From IMG/VR virus record IMGVR_UViG_2571042445_000002: a stretch of 64,000 nt of DNA; one strand, 5' to 3'. Under the pieces are notes generated by a model. The model searched no databases, had not been told where the DNA came from, and worked only from the letters and a program-made list of their open reading frames with translations. This DNA is from a virus (Duplodnaviria; Heunggongvirae; Uroviricota; Caudoviricetes). Shown piece after piece: positions 50,524 to 59,736 of the stretch (positions are counted from its first letter, which is position 1; every line of letters starts with the position of its first letter). Position numbers and translations under genes: made by a program.

Positions 50524-50907
50524 TTAAACCCGCAAGAGATCGTGGGATTCTAAATAGCTAATATACTCCCCTTCCCCATCCGAGATAACACCTTCGTAAT
50601 ACTCGCGCTGCTCGTTGAGTCTGGATTTTGCAGCTTCCAGTTGTTTTGTTAGCTCTGCAATACGGCAAACATCGTTGATACGCCTTTCCTCTAATGCGTT
50701 GTTCTCATTCAGTAGTGCCAAAGCAACCTTTGGATTAAAGGCAGCAATAAATTCAGCGTTGTTTTTCAGAACGTGTTGCGCAATGGCCTGACTACTTAGT
50801 CGGACCTCATAACCACGTGCGCCACGGTGTGGTTTATATGAGTCCCAGTCTCCCCACGTTGCTTTCACTGCCGCCTCACGCAGTACCTGATAGTCAATCT
50901 TGCTCAC
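50524..50907 (-). CDS. Ead/Ea22-like prophage early protein (paralogue family)
   Basis: 127 aa; N-terminal 65 aa near-identical to the gene at 55782-56273; GTG start after GGAGGCAACCA. Confidence 0.4.
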   Translation of the reverse strand: MSKIDYQVLREAAVKATWGDWDSYKPHRGARGYEVRLSSQAIAQHVLKNNAEFIAAFNPKVALALLNENNALEERRINDVCRIAELTKQLEAAKSRLNEQREYYEGVISDGEGEYISYLESHDLLRV

Positions 50908-51352
50908 TGGTTGCCTCCTTATTAATCAGTTTATACAGGTGCACCACAGTCACAGAGAGTGCATCCATCGCTCGTTTATCCAGGCGCGGGGCCAGAGCAA
51001 CCAGTTCATTTATTGCAATCTGAATACGCTGCTCCGCCGCCAGCGTCGCGCGATTGCTCTCCAGTTCTGCAATTCGGCACATGGCATCAATATTTGTGTC
51101 TTCCAGGCGCTTAATTTCGCCCAGGAGTGCCAGCGCAACTTTTGGTGGGATAGCCGCGATATAACGGGCATTAGCACCAGCATTCCTTTGCCCATCAATG
51201 CCAGGCCAGTCAATAAAGTATCCGCAATGCCTACCCTCAGACGTGCGCGCAGGATAAATGCCGTTATGACCCGGCAAAATATATGCTACCCATTCATCTT
51301 GCGTTGCCTGTTCCGCCGCCTCGCGCAGTTCTTGATAGTTAATTTTGCTCAC
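50894..51352 (-). CDS. Ead/Ea22-like prophage early protein (paralogue family)
   Basis: 152 aa; MSKINYQELREAAE N-terminus related to neighbours. Confidence 0.4.
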   Translation of the reverse strand: MSKINYQELREAAEQATQDEWVAYILPGHNGIYPARTSEGRHCGYFIDWPGIDGQRNAGANARYIAAIPPKVALALLGEIKRLEDTNIDAMCRIAELESNRATLAAEQRIQIAINELVALAPRLDKRAMDALSVTVVHLYKLINKEATSEQD

Positions 51353-51605
51353 TGGTTGCCTCCGCTTCCCACGTTTTCAGACTTTCACCACAGAACGGGC
51401 AAAATGAAACTCGAATAGGCGATTTAGAAAATTCACCAGACCGCAGCATGATCAGGTCTTGTGAATTAATTAATGCATGGTTATAAATTCTGTATTTCAG
51501 AAGCCCTTTTCGCGTCGTGTATTCAGCGTCATACTCCAGCGATTGTGCCAAAGCCGCGCACGGTTCTATCTTGTTGCCATTAATTTGGCATTTTGACTCA
51601 CTCAC
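51339..51605 (-). CDS. hypothetical protein with C-terminal Cys motif
   Basis: 88 aa, CPFCG motif; same conserved initiation region. Confidence 0.3.
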   Translation of the reverse strand: MSESKCQINGNKIEPCAALAQSLEYDAEYTTRKGLLKYRIYNHALINSQDLIMLRSGEFSKSPIRVSFCPFCGESLKTWEAEATSEQN

Positions 51606-52188
51606 TGGTTGCCCCCTGAATACGCTTAAACTCGATTACCCATACCCACGGGTTAGATAGCCAGTTATCCTGCCCGTAAATACTGCGCCAGATATCACCA
51701 AAACCAACGCGATAAACAGCTTCAGGTGGCGTAATCTTGTACGTCGCCGGAGTTGCGCCTTCTGCTTTAGCATCTGCCTCGCTCATGTCATGCAGCCGTT
51801 CCACACGCACGTCGGTAATTTCCAGAAGAATGCGCGATGCCCAGCGCGGCATGTGAATTGATGGCGTCCACTTTTCTGATACTGGTTTATTACAAACATC
51901 GACCGGAACCCGGTGCGTTTGTTCTGTCCAGGAGTTACGCACGCTTGCGCGATAAACCAGCGTTGCGACGTCCGTCGCTTTGCCATGTACCCGGTAGGTT
52001 TCGCGAACCCAAATACGATCGCCCGGTTGACCATATGGACAATGCTTGGCAAGCAACTCTGCGGCAACTGCTCGTCCATAGAATTTTTCTTCAACAATCC
52101 TGCGAGTCTGTGTTTTATTCCCGCCAAGAATTGCCCGGACCATCTCATCGTTAAAAATCATCCCGCGTTCTTTCATTTTTTGATCCAC
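51598..52188 (-). CDS. ASCH-like domain prophage protein (putative)
   Basis: 196 aa; N-terminal MIFNDEMVRAILGGNKTQTRR...GDRIWVRE resembles ASCH/PUA-like domains. Confidence 0.35.
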   Translation of the reverse strand: MDQKMKERGMIFNDEMVRAILGGNKTQTRRIVEEKFYGRAVAAELLAKHCPYGQPGDRIWVRETYRVHGKATDVATLVYRASVRNSWTEQTHRVPVDVCNKPVSEKWTPSIHMPRWASRILLEITDVRVERLHDMSEADAKAEGATPATYKITPPEAVYRVGFGDIWRSIYGQDNWLSNPWVWVIEFKRIQGATSE

Positions 52189-52192
52189 TCCA

Positions 52193-53188
52193 TCAGTTAT
52201 TGAACGTGATCACTCCGCGCTCGATGGCGAAGTCGAAAAGCTGGTTGGCGGCTACGTAAAGGCGTATGCCATGTGCTTTTTCCCATGCCCGGACATCGTT
52301 TTCTGCGCTTCTGGCGCATTCATCGCAAAGAGGAACGGCCCAGCGATCGTGTTCGTTTAACGAGCGGGCGCGGTACATGAACGGGTGATTAACTTTGCCT
52401 CCGCATCCGATGCACGGACGAGAAATCACAAACCGGAGATAAGCCGGGCTTTTACCGAGAACCGCTTTTGGTCGGCGCATATACAGCAGGCCGGAATCCT
52501 CATCTACAGACAGGTTGACGATCTGCTCTGCGGTTATGTCCACCAGCTCACGGGTGCTGTGCTCCCAGGTGATATCCGATTCTTTCAGTGTGCCGGTAGG
52601 GATTTCCTGTTTTGGCTGACAAAATGCAATGCGACCGGCTTCATCTGGCAGCTCGTCTTTCAGATTCCGGCGAATGGCCCAAAAAGTGAGTTCAACCATG
52701 CTCAGATCGCGTTCTGGCGGTAGTTTTAACTCGCTCGCAGCCCAGTTCATAACCCAGTTGGCACGATTCAGGGATAACTGGTCGTCCAGCTTGCTGTACC
52801 CCTTCATCATGTATTCCGCATCATGCTTCCAGCACAGGCGAACGGCAGAGCCGTTATAGAAATGAGTGGTTAGCTGGTGGCTGCAATCGCGCTTATCGTG
52901 CGCCTGGCAATCGTGGATATTGGAACTTACCCAATGAACAAGCGAATCTTCACCGCCTAATGCGTTAAATACGCGCTCGCTTTGAAAAAATGCTTTCAGA
53001 GACTGGTTGGCAACCAGCGAATAGTTCAGATCCACTACGCCATCTGGCGTGTTTTCAGCCTGTTCGCGCGGAAGTGGAGAGATAATGAAACGGCGACCTG
53101 CGCCAATGTAGTTGCTGGTGGGCTTGTCTACCGGAAAGACAGCCACACCAGCTCCGTTTACGAAATGAGGTGTGATTATTGCACTCAT
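52193..53188 (-). CDS. DUF968-like Cys-rich prophage protein (putative)
   Basis: 331 aa; paired Cys motifs CIGCGG...CDECA near the C-terminus. Confidence 0.35.
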   Translation of the reverse strand: MSAIITPHFVNGAGVAVFPVDKPTSNYIGAGRRFIISPLPREQAENTPDGVVDLNYSLVANQSLKAFFQSERVFNALGGEDSLVHWVSSNIHDCQAHDKRDCSHQLTTHFYNGSAVRLCWKHDAEYMMKGYSKLDDQLSLNRANWVMNWAASELKLPPERDLSMVELTFWAIRRNLKDELPDEAGRIAFCQPKQEIPTGTLKESDITWEHSTRELVDITAEQIVNLSVDEDSGLLYMRRPKAVLGKSPAYLRFVISRPCIGCGGKVNHPFMYRARSLNEHDRWAVPLCDECARSAENDVRAWEKAHGIRLYVAANQLFDFAIERGVITFNN

Positions 53189-53230
53189 AATGTATACCGA
53201 CTCTGTTTTGTTCCGAGCGGTAAAATAATC

Positions 53231-53263
53231 TGTTAGAAAATTAAAATCAATATTCTAATATCA
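53231..53263. promoter_or_regulatory. operator-like inverted pair
   Basis: TGTTAGAAAATTAAAA and TATTCTAATATCA upstream of the minus-strand DUF968 gene. Confidence 0.5.
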
Positions 53264-53292
53264 TTTTGAGTGCATAAACGATGTGTTCAGGA

Positions 53293-54009
53293 TTACGACT
53301 GCCCTCCCTTCACCTGCTTTAGCGTCAGATTTCCGCAAAAAACCGCACCAGTGTCTATGTAGTGCTGGTTCCAGAAAGATTTCGGGCTGCTTACTGGCGT
53401 ATGCCCGAAAATAAAGCTATCTGCACCAGTGATCATTCCACCAACACCATCAACCGCGTCATAAAATCGCTCACGCCGCCAGGTAACATTGAGATCGCTA
53501 ACAGGTTTACCAAACTGGTATTCGTTATCAGGATAGTCGGCATGGGCTATAACGATAGTTTCATGCCCGGTGTTCAACTCAATGATATAGGGCAAACGTC
53601 TTACCAGCTCCACCAGCGCCCTGGCTAATATTTCCCGATCAGCGTCCAGCATGAAGAACCATTGACCACCATTCATTAGCCAGTTATTCACGTTGCCTGC
53701 GGGACTTAACGCATCGATCATTAATCGCTCGTGGTTTCCCATAACCGACCGAAACCAGGGCATCTGCAATAGCTCCAGGCATTCAACATTTTCGGTGCCG
53801 CGATCGATAAGGTCGCCAACCGATATCAGTAAATCCTGTGTCGGGTCAAAGTCCACACGATGAAGTTCAGACATCAATCTGGTGTAGCAACCATGCAGAT
53901 CACCAACAACCCATATGTTTCTGTAGCCTGAACCATCAATACGGGTATATAAATTCACTTCATGCAGCGCCTGGGTCATGCGGCAACCTTCTCCCGCAGC
54001 CAGATACAA
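53293..54009 (-). CDS. Ser/Thr protein phosphatase (PPP-family metallophosphatase)
   Basis: 238 aa; motifs [20 protein letters not shown]. Confidence 0.7.
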   Translation of the reverse strand: MYLAAGEGCRMTQALHEVNLYTRIDGSGYRNIWVVGDLHGCYTRLMSELHRVDFDPTQDLLISVGDLIDRGTENVECLELLQMPWFRSVMGNHERLMIDALSPAGNVNNWLMNGGQWFFMLDADREILARALVELVRRLPYIIELNTGHETIVIAHADYPDNEYQFGKPVSDLNVTWRRERFYDAVDGVGGMITGADSFIFGHTPVSSPKSFWNQHYIDTGAVFCGNLTLKQVKGGQS

Positions 54010-54287
54010 ACCGGGCCATCTTCAGTGTCATGAATAGAGCCAACAAACCATCCTTCGCCCTCTGGTCGCTCTGGTTCCCAGGCGGCAATATCGGGACCAT
54101 CTGCGTCCAGATTAAAATGATCTTCATCCATACTGCGAATAGTCCACTGAAGATTATTTTCCTTCATCCAGGCGTCAAATTCCTCAGTGGATATATATTC
54201 ACGACCTGCGCAAAACTTTTCATACTCCGGATGTGTCCAGCAGCCATATTCATCACGTTCTACCGGCATTTCTTTAATGATGCTCAC
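53976..54287 (-). CDS. hypothetical protein
   Basis: 103-aa acidic ORF. Confidence 0.3.
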   Translation of the reverse strand: MSIIKEMPVERDEYGCWTHPEYEKFCAGREYISTEEFDAWMKENNLQWTIRSMDEDHFNLDADGPDIAAWEPERPEGEGWFVGSIHDTEDGPVCIWLREKVAA

Positions 54288-54508
54288 TCTTCATCCTCCA
54301 AGTCGGCAACGGCCTCCATCACATCAGAACCGCGAATAACCTCAAAAGCACGGCAGGCCATTTCAAACACCTGTTGTTCTTGCGGATGCGGTGACTCCCA
54401 ATACTTAAAACCAGGTCGATGCTCGTAACCCAACATGGAATAAAAATCGCCAGCAAGTTCAATCGCGGCATCAACAAGTTCGCGATTTGTCATCGTCTGT
54501 TCTGTCAT
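54284..54508 (-). CDS. hypothetical protein
   Basis: 74-aa acidic ORF, coupled. Confidence 0.3.
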   Translation of the reverse strand: MTEQTMTNRELVDAAIELAGDFYSMLGYEHRPGFKYWESPHPQEQQVFEMACRAFEVIRGSDVMEAVADLEDEE

Positions 54509-54780
54509 TTTGTTTTCTCCTGTCTGAACATCACTATCATCAGGTCGCCTTTTGTCGCTATCCTGGCTGTTGTACCTGGTTCAATGCGGCTAAGCTCAAA
54601 TGCGTCATAGAACGCTTCTAATGCCTTCTGGCGTAGTTCCTGTTTGCGCCGTTTTTTCCACTGTTTCAGGAAAATGGAACCCAGCCAACGCCATGTACGG
54701 GACATGATGTAAAGCCAACCGAGAAGTGCCAGACCGGTATTTAGGAGCGTATCGATCGTTATTGTCGTGTCGATATTCAC
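54505..54780 (-). CDS. small membrane protein
   Basis: 91 aa, N-terminal TM helix then basic region. Confidence 0.3.
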   Translation of the reverse strand: MNIDTTITIDTLLNTGLALLGWLYIMSRTWRWLGSIFLKQWKKRRKQELRQKALEAFYDAFELSRIEPGTTARIATKGDLMIVMFRQEKTK

Positions 54781-55460
54781 TGGCTGCCTCCTTTGCGAAG
54801 CTGTTCAGCAATACTTACGCATATCTCTGCGCCTCTAATCAGCCCCGGAACGTTCTTGTTTGGCCCAACTTCACCATCGACAAAATCAATCATCGCGTTA
54901 CGAGCCATATCCACGCCCTGCGCACGTACTTCAGCCAGGAAAGCATCGGTGGCTGGCGTTTCCCGTGAACGGTAAGACCAAACAATGTCGTCTGTTTCAC
55001 TGGGTTCTTCATGAGAGCAATTTGGGCAGACAGCAGTACAACCAGCATGATCTTCTATGAGCATCTTCAGCCACGAGTTCTCCTCCGCCAGCGTCACGCG
55101 ACTGGCCTCCAGTTCTGCTACGCGCTGTTTTGCAGCATCCAGTTCAATCGACAATTTTTCCAACTGCTCTTTATGCTTTTTATATTCCTGATATGCGTGC
55201 CAAGACTGACCTTTGCGCACACTATCCGTGATATCAGTAATCTGTTCTGGTGTTAGCGTGGTCAGTGGCTGTGCTGGGAAAATCAGCACTTTCCCGGCAT
55301 CCCAATCAAAACCCACCTGAATTGACTGAACCTCAACTGATGGTGTTGAACCGATGCGACCAGGCGAATGAACAACGATCGTTACATCCATATCGCGACG
55401 ATGGCTGTGGTTGTTGGACAAAATACGATTCACCAACTCCGAGAATTTGGAAAATTTCAT
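54777..55460 (-). CDS. Ea22-like coiled-coil protein
   Basis: start at internal Met (MKFSKFSEL) overlapping upstream stop (ATGA); C-terminal half aligns with the paralogue at 56270-56944. Confidence 0.4.
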   Translation of the reverse strand: MKFSKFSELVNRILSNNHSHRRDMDVTIVVHSPGRIGSTPSVEVQSIQVGFDWDAGKVLIFPAQPLTTLTPEQITDITDSVRKGQSWHAYQEYKKHKEQLEKLSIELDAAKQRVAELEASRVTLAEENSWLKMLIEDHAGCTAVCPNCSHEEPSETDDIVWSYRSRETPATDAFLAEVRAQGVDMARNAMIDFVDGEVGPNKNVPGLIRGAEICVSIAEQLRKGGSQ

Positions 55461-55813
55461 GCTGATTCCCTTTGCTCTTCCTGGATAATGTTGTTGCAAT
55501 CTTTCACGCACTCGTTGCAGATGAAAACGTTGTCCCCGGCAATTAACTTTTTAACGGTGTGCTGGGATTTGTTGCAGAAGCTGCAATAAAGCGTTGGACT
55601 GGCTGATACGGATGGTGCGCCAGATGTCAGCCGCGCGATGTCGTTCTTGCGACGCAATATCACACGGCTGCACTCGACCAGCATCTCCGGGGATATATCC
55701 TCCTCCGTGGCGAGCGCCTCCAGACGTTCGAGCAAGCGAAATACTTTTTCCTGGGTGATTGCAGAATGCGATGTGGTCATCTCACTCTCCTTTGAGGCGA
55801 ATGCCTGTTGCAA
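55457..55813 (-). CDS. small protein with C-terminal ClpX-type zinc-binding domain
   Basis: 118 aa; [39 protein letters not shown] closely matches the ClpX N-terminal C4 zinc-binding domain as I recall it. Confidence 0.55.
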   Translation of the reverse strand: MQQAFASKESEMTTSHSAITQEKVFRLLERLEALATEEDISPEMLVECSRVILRRKNDIARLTSGAPSVSASPTLYCSFCNKSQHTVKKLIAGDNVFICNECVKDCNNIIQEEQRESA

Positions 55814-56273
55814 TGCTGTTTATGATGCTGTCAGTGCATGGGGTAGAAAGCTGGGCATCTCCAGCAATTTTCATGACCTCAACATCTGCATATCGAATAC
55901 CGAGGTGTATCAGACCGGCTATGCCTGACTTAAGCCGAGCATTTTCCATAAATAGAACCTTTGCCCGCTGTTTTTCTGCTTCAAGCTCAACACGCAGTTT
56001 CCCTACCGTAAGCGCAATATCCTCGTTCTCCTGGTCGCGGCGTTTTATGTATTGCTGGTTTCTTTCCCGTTCATCCAGTAGTGCCAAAGCAACCTTTGGA
56101 TTAAAGGCAGCAATAAATTCAGCGTTGTTTTTCAGAACGTGTTGCGCAATGGCCTGACTACTTAGTCGGACCTCATAACCACGTGTGCCACGGTGTGGTT
56201 TATATGAGTCCCAGTCTCCCCACGTTGCTTTTTCTGCCGCTTCACGCAGTGCCTGATAGTCAATCTTGCTCAC
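55782..56273 (-). CDS. Ead/Ea22-like prophage early protein (paralogue family)
   Basis: 163 aa; 5' about 200 nt near-identical to 50700-50907. Confidence 0.4.
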   Translation of the reverse strand: MSKIDYQALREAAEKATWGDWDSYKPHRGTRGYEVRLSSQAIAQHVLKNNAEFIAAFNPKVALALLDERERNQQYIKRRDQENEDIALTVGKLRVELEAEKQRAKVLFMENARLKSGIAGLIHLGIRYADVEVMKIAGDAQLSTPCTDSIINSIATGIRLKGE

Positions 56274-56944
56274 TGGTTGCCTCCTTTGCGAAGCTGGGCA
56301 GCGAACCTATCAGCTGCATCCGCGCAAGCAGAAGCAACGGAATCAAAAAATGGATCATCTCCTGTATCGCGCATCGTCAAAGCGAATGCCTCCACCCCTT
56401 GTGCCTGTATTTCTACAAGGGATGCCTTAGATGTAGTGCTTTTCGCCTCGCCTAATTCGTTATGAGCGATGTTCGCTATACATGCGATGTCTATATCTGG
56501 ATGATTAATTGGGCAATGGCTAAGAATTGCCTCAAGTGCTGCTTTTTTGCTTTGGCATTCCGCCACCAGCGCCCCGCAATTGCTTTCCAGCTCTGCAATA
56601 CACTTTTTAGCGGCCTCCAGCTCAACACGCAGATTCTCAAGCGTTAGAGCCTTCTCCACGTTCTCGTCCAGCAGTTCAATCACATCAGGATCGCTACCAT
56701 CAACTACTGATATGCGCGAATTTTTGTAATGCTCGTCAGCATAAGTTCGTCCAGTTTTGAAGCATCCGTCATCCTCCATGCCGGAACAGGCATAAACAAC
56801 ATGTGATCCAGATATGCGCTGCATTGACATTTCCTCGCCACAAACAGGGCATTTAGGCGCTGGTTTCGGTGAATAACGTTCACGTAACGGATAGTAAAGC
56901 TCGATCTCCGCCAGTTGCTCTGGCGTTAAACCTTCAGACTTCAT
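56270..56944 (-). CDS. Ea22-like coiled-coil protein
   Basis: 224 aa; C-terminus ends with the same AEQLRKGG(S/N)Q motif as the 54777 gene. Confidence 0.4.
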   Translation of the reverse strand: MKSEGLTPEQLAEIELYYPLRERYSPKPAPKCPVCGEEMSMQRISGSHVVYACSGMEDDGCFKTGRTYADEHYKNSRISVVDGSDPDVIELLDENVEKALTLENLRVELEAAKKCIAELESNCGALVAECQSKKAALEAILSHCPINHPDIDIACIANIAHNELGEAKSTTSKASLVEIQAQGVEAFALTMRDTGDDPFFDSVASACADAADRFAAQLRKGGNQ

Positions 56945-57251
56945 GTACTCTCCTTTCGAAATAAACGTACTGATTAATCATTCCCAGGGGCATTTCGAGT
57001 TTTTCTGCGATCTCACGGCGGGGAACACCACACTGATGAAGCTGCCGCGCCAGTTCTATATCGCTCTGCCGGTATTTGGCTGACTGGTGAAAGTCTCCTT
57101 TCAGAATCATGCTGATCCGCAGTTGCCGCGCTTTAGTCCTGACAGCACCACCGGTACGCCCGATCAGTCTCCCAATACCCTCGACTGTCATAGTCCCGGC
57201 GCACTGGCGGAGTATCATGATTTCTGCCCTTCCCCATCCCCGCCAGCTCAC
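56934..57251 (-). CDS. HTH-containing small regulatory protein (putative)
   Basis: 105 aa with HTH-like segment GVPRREIAEKLEMP. Confidence 0.3.
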   Translation of the reverse strand: MSWRGWGRAEIMILRQCAGTMTVEGIGRLIGRTGGAVRTKARQLRISMILKGDFHQSAKYRQSDIELARQLHQCGVPRREIAEKLEMPLGMINQYVYFERRVHEV

Positions 57252-57886
57252 GCAGAACTCCTTCTAACCAAAAGAACGCCATCTTCAGAAACAATGTTGC
57301 AGGACTTCAGGTAATTCATTGCCACTTTCGGTAATGGATTCTTTGGATCGGCGTTTGCCAGGGATTTCGATAACCTCAAGATAAATTTGATCATTACCTT
57401 CTGACGGAGCTTGTGCTCATGAGATGCAGACAGGTAATAGGAAATGGTATGGGCTAAACGCTCACGAAGCTGTTCTGTGCCGTGATATACAGCAGCGATA
57501 TCACGCAGTGCATTGACCAGTTCCCGGTAAATATGCGGAGCAACCTGGCATTCAATGTTGGTTGGTGACTCATAAATTACATTCAGCCCCAGCTTTTGAG
57601 CCAGCTCGTGCTCTGCACGAGCGCCAACTGATTCCTCCCACCCCTTGAGCAAATAGACCGCATTAGCCGAACGCAACATTGCAAGGCAAATATCCATGTA
57701 TTCACTCTGGCAGAGGCCAGCAGGTAACAGCGCCGGATTCAGAACAATATGCCCTACCTCCATCAGCTCTTTTGCTTTCGAAAAAAACGCTGTGCGGTTG
57801 TAGTCGGGATAACCAGTCATCGGACCCGCGATGTAAATTTTCATAATGCGTTTTGACATCAAAGTTTCCCCAGGAACGTTACGCAA
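57248..57886 (-). CDS. DUF4406-like (nucleoside deoxyribosyltransferase-fold) protein
   Basis: 212 aa; N-terminal YIAGPMTG...VLNP...LKGWEESVGARAEHE matches the DUF4406 pattern. Confidence 0.4.
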   Translation of the reverse strand: MRNVPGETLMSKRIMKIYIAGPMTGYPDYNRTAFFSKAKELMEVGHIVLNPALLPAGLCQSEYMDICLAMLRSANAVYLLKGWEESVGARAEHELAQKLGLNVIYESPTNIECQVAPHIYRELVNALRDIAAVYHGTEQLRERLAHTISYYLSASHEHKLRQKVMIKFILRLSKSLANADPKNPLPKVAMNYLKSCNIVSEDGVLLVRRSSA

Positions 57887-58053
57887 AAGTTGATGAGAGC
57901 AAAGAGTTCAATGCCCAGCTCAAACAACGCCAGGACAGTGAAAAACAGGGCATATAGCAACCCAATTTCTGTACCGGATTGCTGGTGGATTGCACTTATT
58001 GCGACAAGCATCATGACCTCCTGATATAGCGTCTGAAAAAAAAGTATCTTCAT
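57859..58053 (-). CDS. small membrane protein
   Basis: 64 aa, two hydrophobic helices. Confidence 0.25.
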   Translation of the reverse strand: MKILFFQTLYQEVMMLVAISAIHQQSGTEIGLLYALFFTVLALFELGIELFALINFCVTFLGKL

Positions 58054-58055
58054 TT

Positions 58056-58089
58056 TGTGTTAGAAAATCAATTTTGATTTTCTAACACA
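58056..58089. promoter_or_regulatory. perfect palindromic operator
   Basis: TGTGTTAGAAAATCAATTTTGATTTTCTAACACA between divergent genes. Confidence 0.6.
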
Positions 58090-58132
58090 TTTGATCAACC
58101 ATAGCGGCGATGTAGACAAACCGGGTATTTCT

Positions 58133-58708
58133 ATGAAGCAAAGCTATTGGGAGAAACAGACACAAAAAGCCCTGCAAAAACTGGCTGATCCGAAATGGCG
58201 GGAGGAACAAAGGGCAAAGCGTCTTCAGCAAGCTCAACGCCAGCAGCAGCGTGCGCGAGAAAAAGCCGCATCGCCTGAATATCGGCAAAAGAAAATTGAA
58301 AAAGCGAAGCAATATGAACAGCGAAGAAAAGAGAAGGCCGCTTCTGCTCCTGTCAAAAAAACTCGCGCGTCACGCGGCCTGAAAGGCAGAACACTCACAG
58401 CAGATGAGCGCCGGATACAAACTGCCATCGGTGCTCTCCCCTGCATTGCCTGCCATATGCACGGACAGCATAGCCCTGTGGTATCCCTGCACCACATCTT
58501 CGGGAGAACAGCAGAGAACGCGCATAAATACGTCCTCCCTTTGTGTAAATGGCACCATCAACACGCAGCGCCAGCAGAGATCCGCGAGCAATACCCCTGG
58601 TTGGTTCCTGTTCATGCTGATGGAAAAATAGGCGGCAAAGCAGATTTCAGGCGGCACAATGCTGATGAAATGACGTTGTATCAGATGGTGACTGAATTAA
58701 TAAATTAA
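58133..58708 (+). CDS. HNH-type nuclease, Ref-like (putative)
   Basis: basic Q/R/K-rich N-terminus then Cys/His core LPCIACHMHG...LHHIFGR...CKWHHQH; ATG at 58133 chosen because the upstream TTG abuts the operator. Confidence 0.4.
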   Translation: MKQSYWEKQTQKALQKLADPKWREEQRAKRLQQAQRQQQRAREKAASPEYRQKKIEKAKQYEQRRKEKAASAPVKKTRASRGLKGRTLTADERRIQTAIGALPCIACHMHGQHSPVVSLHHIFGRTAENAHKYVLPLCKWHHQHAAPAEIREQYPWLVPVHADGKIGGKADFRRHNADEMTLYQMVTELIN

Positions 58709-58720
58709 TTTTCTAACATT
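58703..58720. promoter_or_regulatory. operator-like motif
   Basis: AATTAATTTTCTAACATT overlapping the ref-like stop. Confidence 0.5.
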
Positions 58721-59369
58721 TTAAGTTGAATTGTGAGATTCGCCGTTGTACATTCACAACCGATTGGTACACCGGTCAACTTTTTGAGACAAACCGTTTG
58801 GTTTTTCGTATGATTGCCGCCGCCATACCAATGGCGGTGCAATATAGGTGGCTGAAAAGCCCCCGTTGACTCACGGTGTTCCAACCTTTATTGCGCCGCC
58901 ACCAGACCGTGGAACAGTCGATGGCGGCTCCGAAAGCAAGGAGTCACTACACTATGAACAGCTACTGTCTTTTCCCATCACTCGTTGTCCGCCACTCACG
59001 CGATAATCTGCATTCTTTACTCGCGCTGGGGGTGTCAAAATGACCGTTCGCTACCTCAACTTTCAAATCCAGAACATCACTGGCGGTTGCTATGACTGGT
59101 TTGTCACTCTCGGAAAAGAAGTGATCACCGGAAAGCTGGATGAAGTGAAAGCTAAAGCAATGGCCTACGCCTGCAAGCAAGCCCAAAAGAAGAAAAGAAA
59201 AGCATAAGAAAACACACAGTTGCGCCCTGGCATTATCGTGGGGTATATTTCTACGGCACCTTAGAAAAACGGGTGCCGGGATTGGAACCCCGGATAATGT
59301 CAAAGGCGACACAGACGCCGAACGCGTCTTTTTTTGTGTCATGCCATCGCACAGCCATACTTAGCGTTT

Positions 59370-59520
59370 AGCTCAGAGATCAATGGTAGTGCTGGCTGGG
59401 CTGCCGAAAGGCAGGCCGGTTCCCTTTGACGCCGGTAGTTCCAACCCAGTCAGTGCTACCGCCATTGAGATTGGAACCTCACGCGGTAGCTCCTTAACTT
59501 AGTCAAAGGAGGCTGCCAAT
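59370..59520 (+). ncRNA. candidate c4-like antisense RNA / structured leader (copy 2)
   Basis: hairpins (ctgcc-GAAA-ggcag) upstream of the second icd-like gene. Confidence 0.25.
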
Positions 59521-59736
59521 ATGGCTACTATCCCTACCCCAACTCATTCTGAATTTATCTGGCGTTTCTATTCCTGCCAAAAACACCTGTATATCTGCGT
59601 CATGGCTGCAACCGAAGCAGAAGCGCGCTCATACCTTCCCGAAGAACCCTGCATTTTTGCTGCTCGCTTCACTCTTGATGCGATGGAGATCCTCAATTAC
59701 TGGAATCTGCCAATGAACTGCGTGGAGGTGCACTGA
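59521..59736 (+). CDS. Icd-like small protein (copy 2)
   Basis: 71 aa, shares SEFIWRF...CQKH...AATEAEAR with the copy at 18678; stop overlaps ant start. Confidence 0.4.
   Translation: MATIPTPTHSEFIWRFYSCQKHLYICVMAATEAEARSYLPEEPCIFAARFTLDAMEILNYWNLPMNCVEVH

Noticed and set aside
50503-50530. Hairpin cttgcgggtt/acccgcaag after hsdR as a terminator
   Set aside because: The T-run precedes rather than follows the stem on the plus strand and the stem overlaps the 3' end of the minus-strand gene; orientation is ambiguous.
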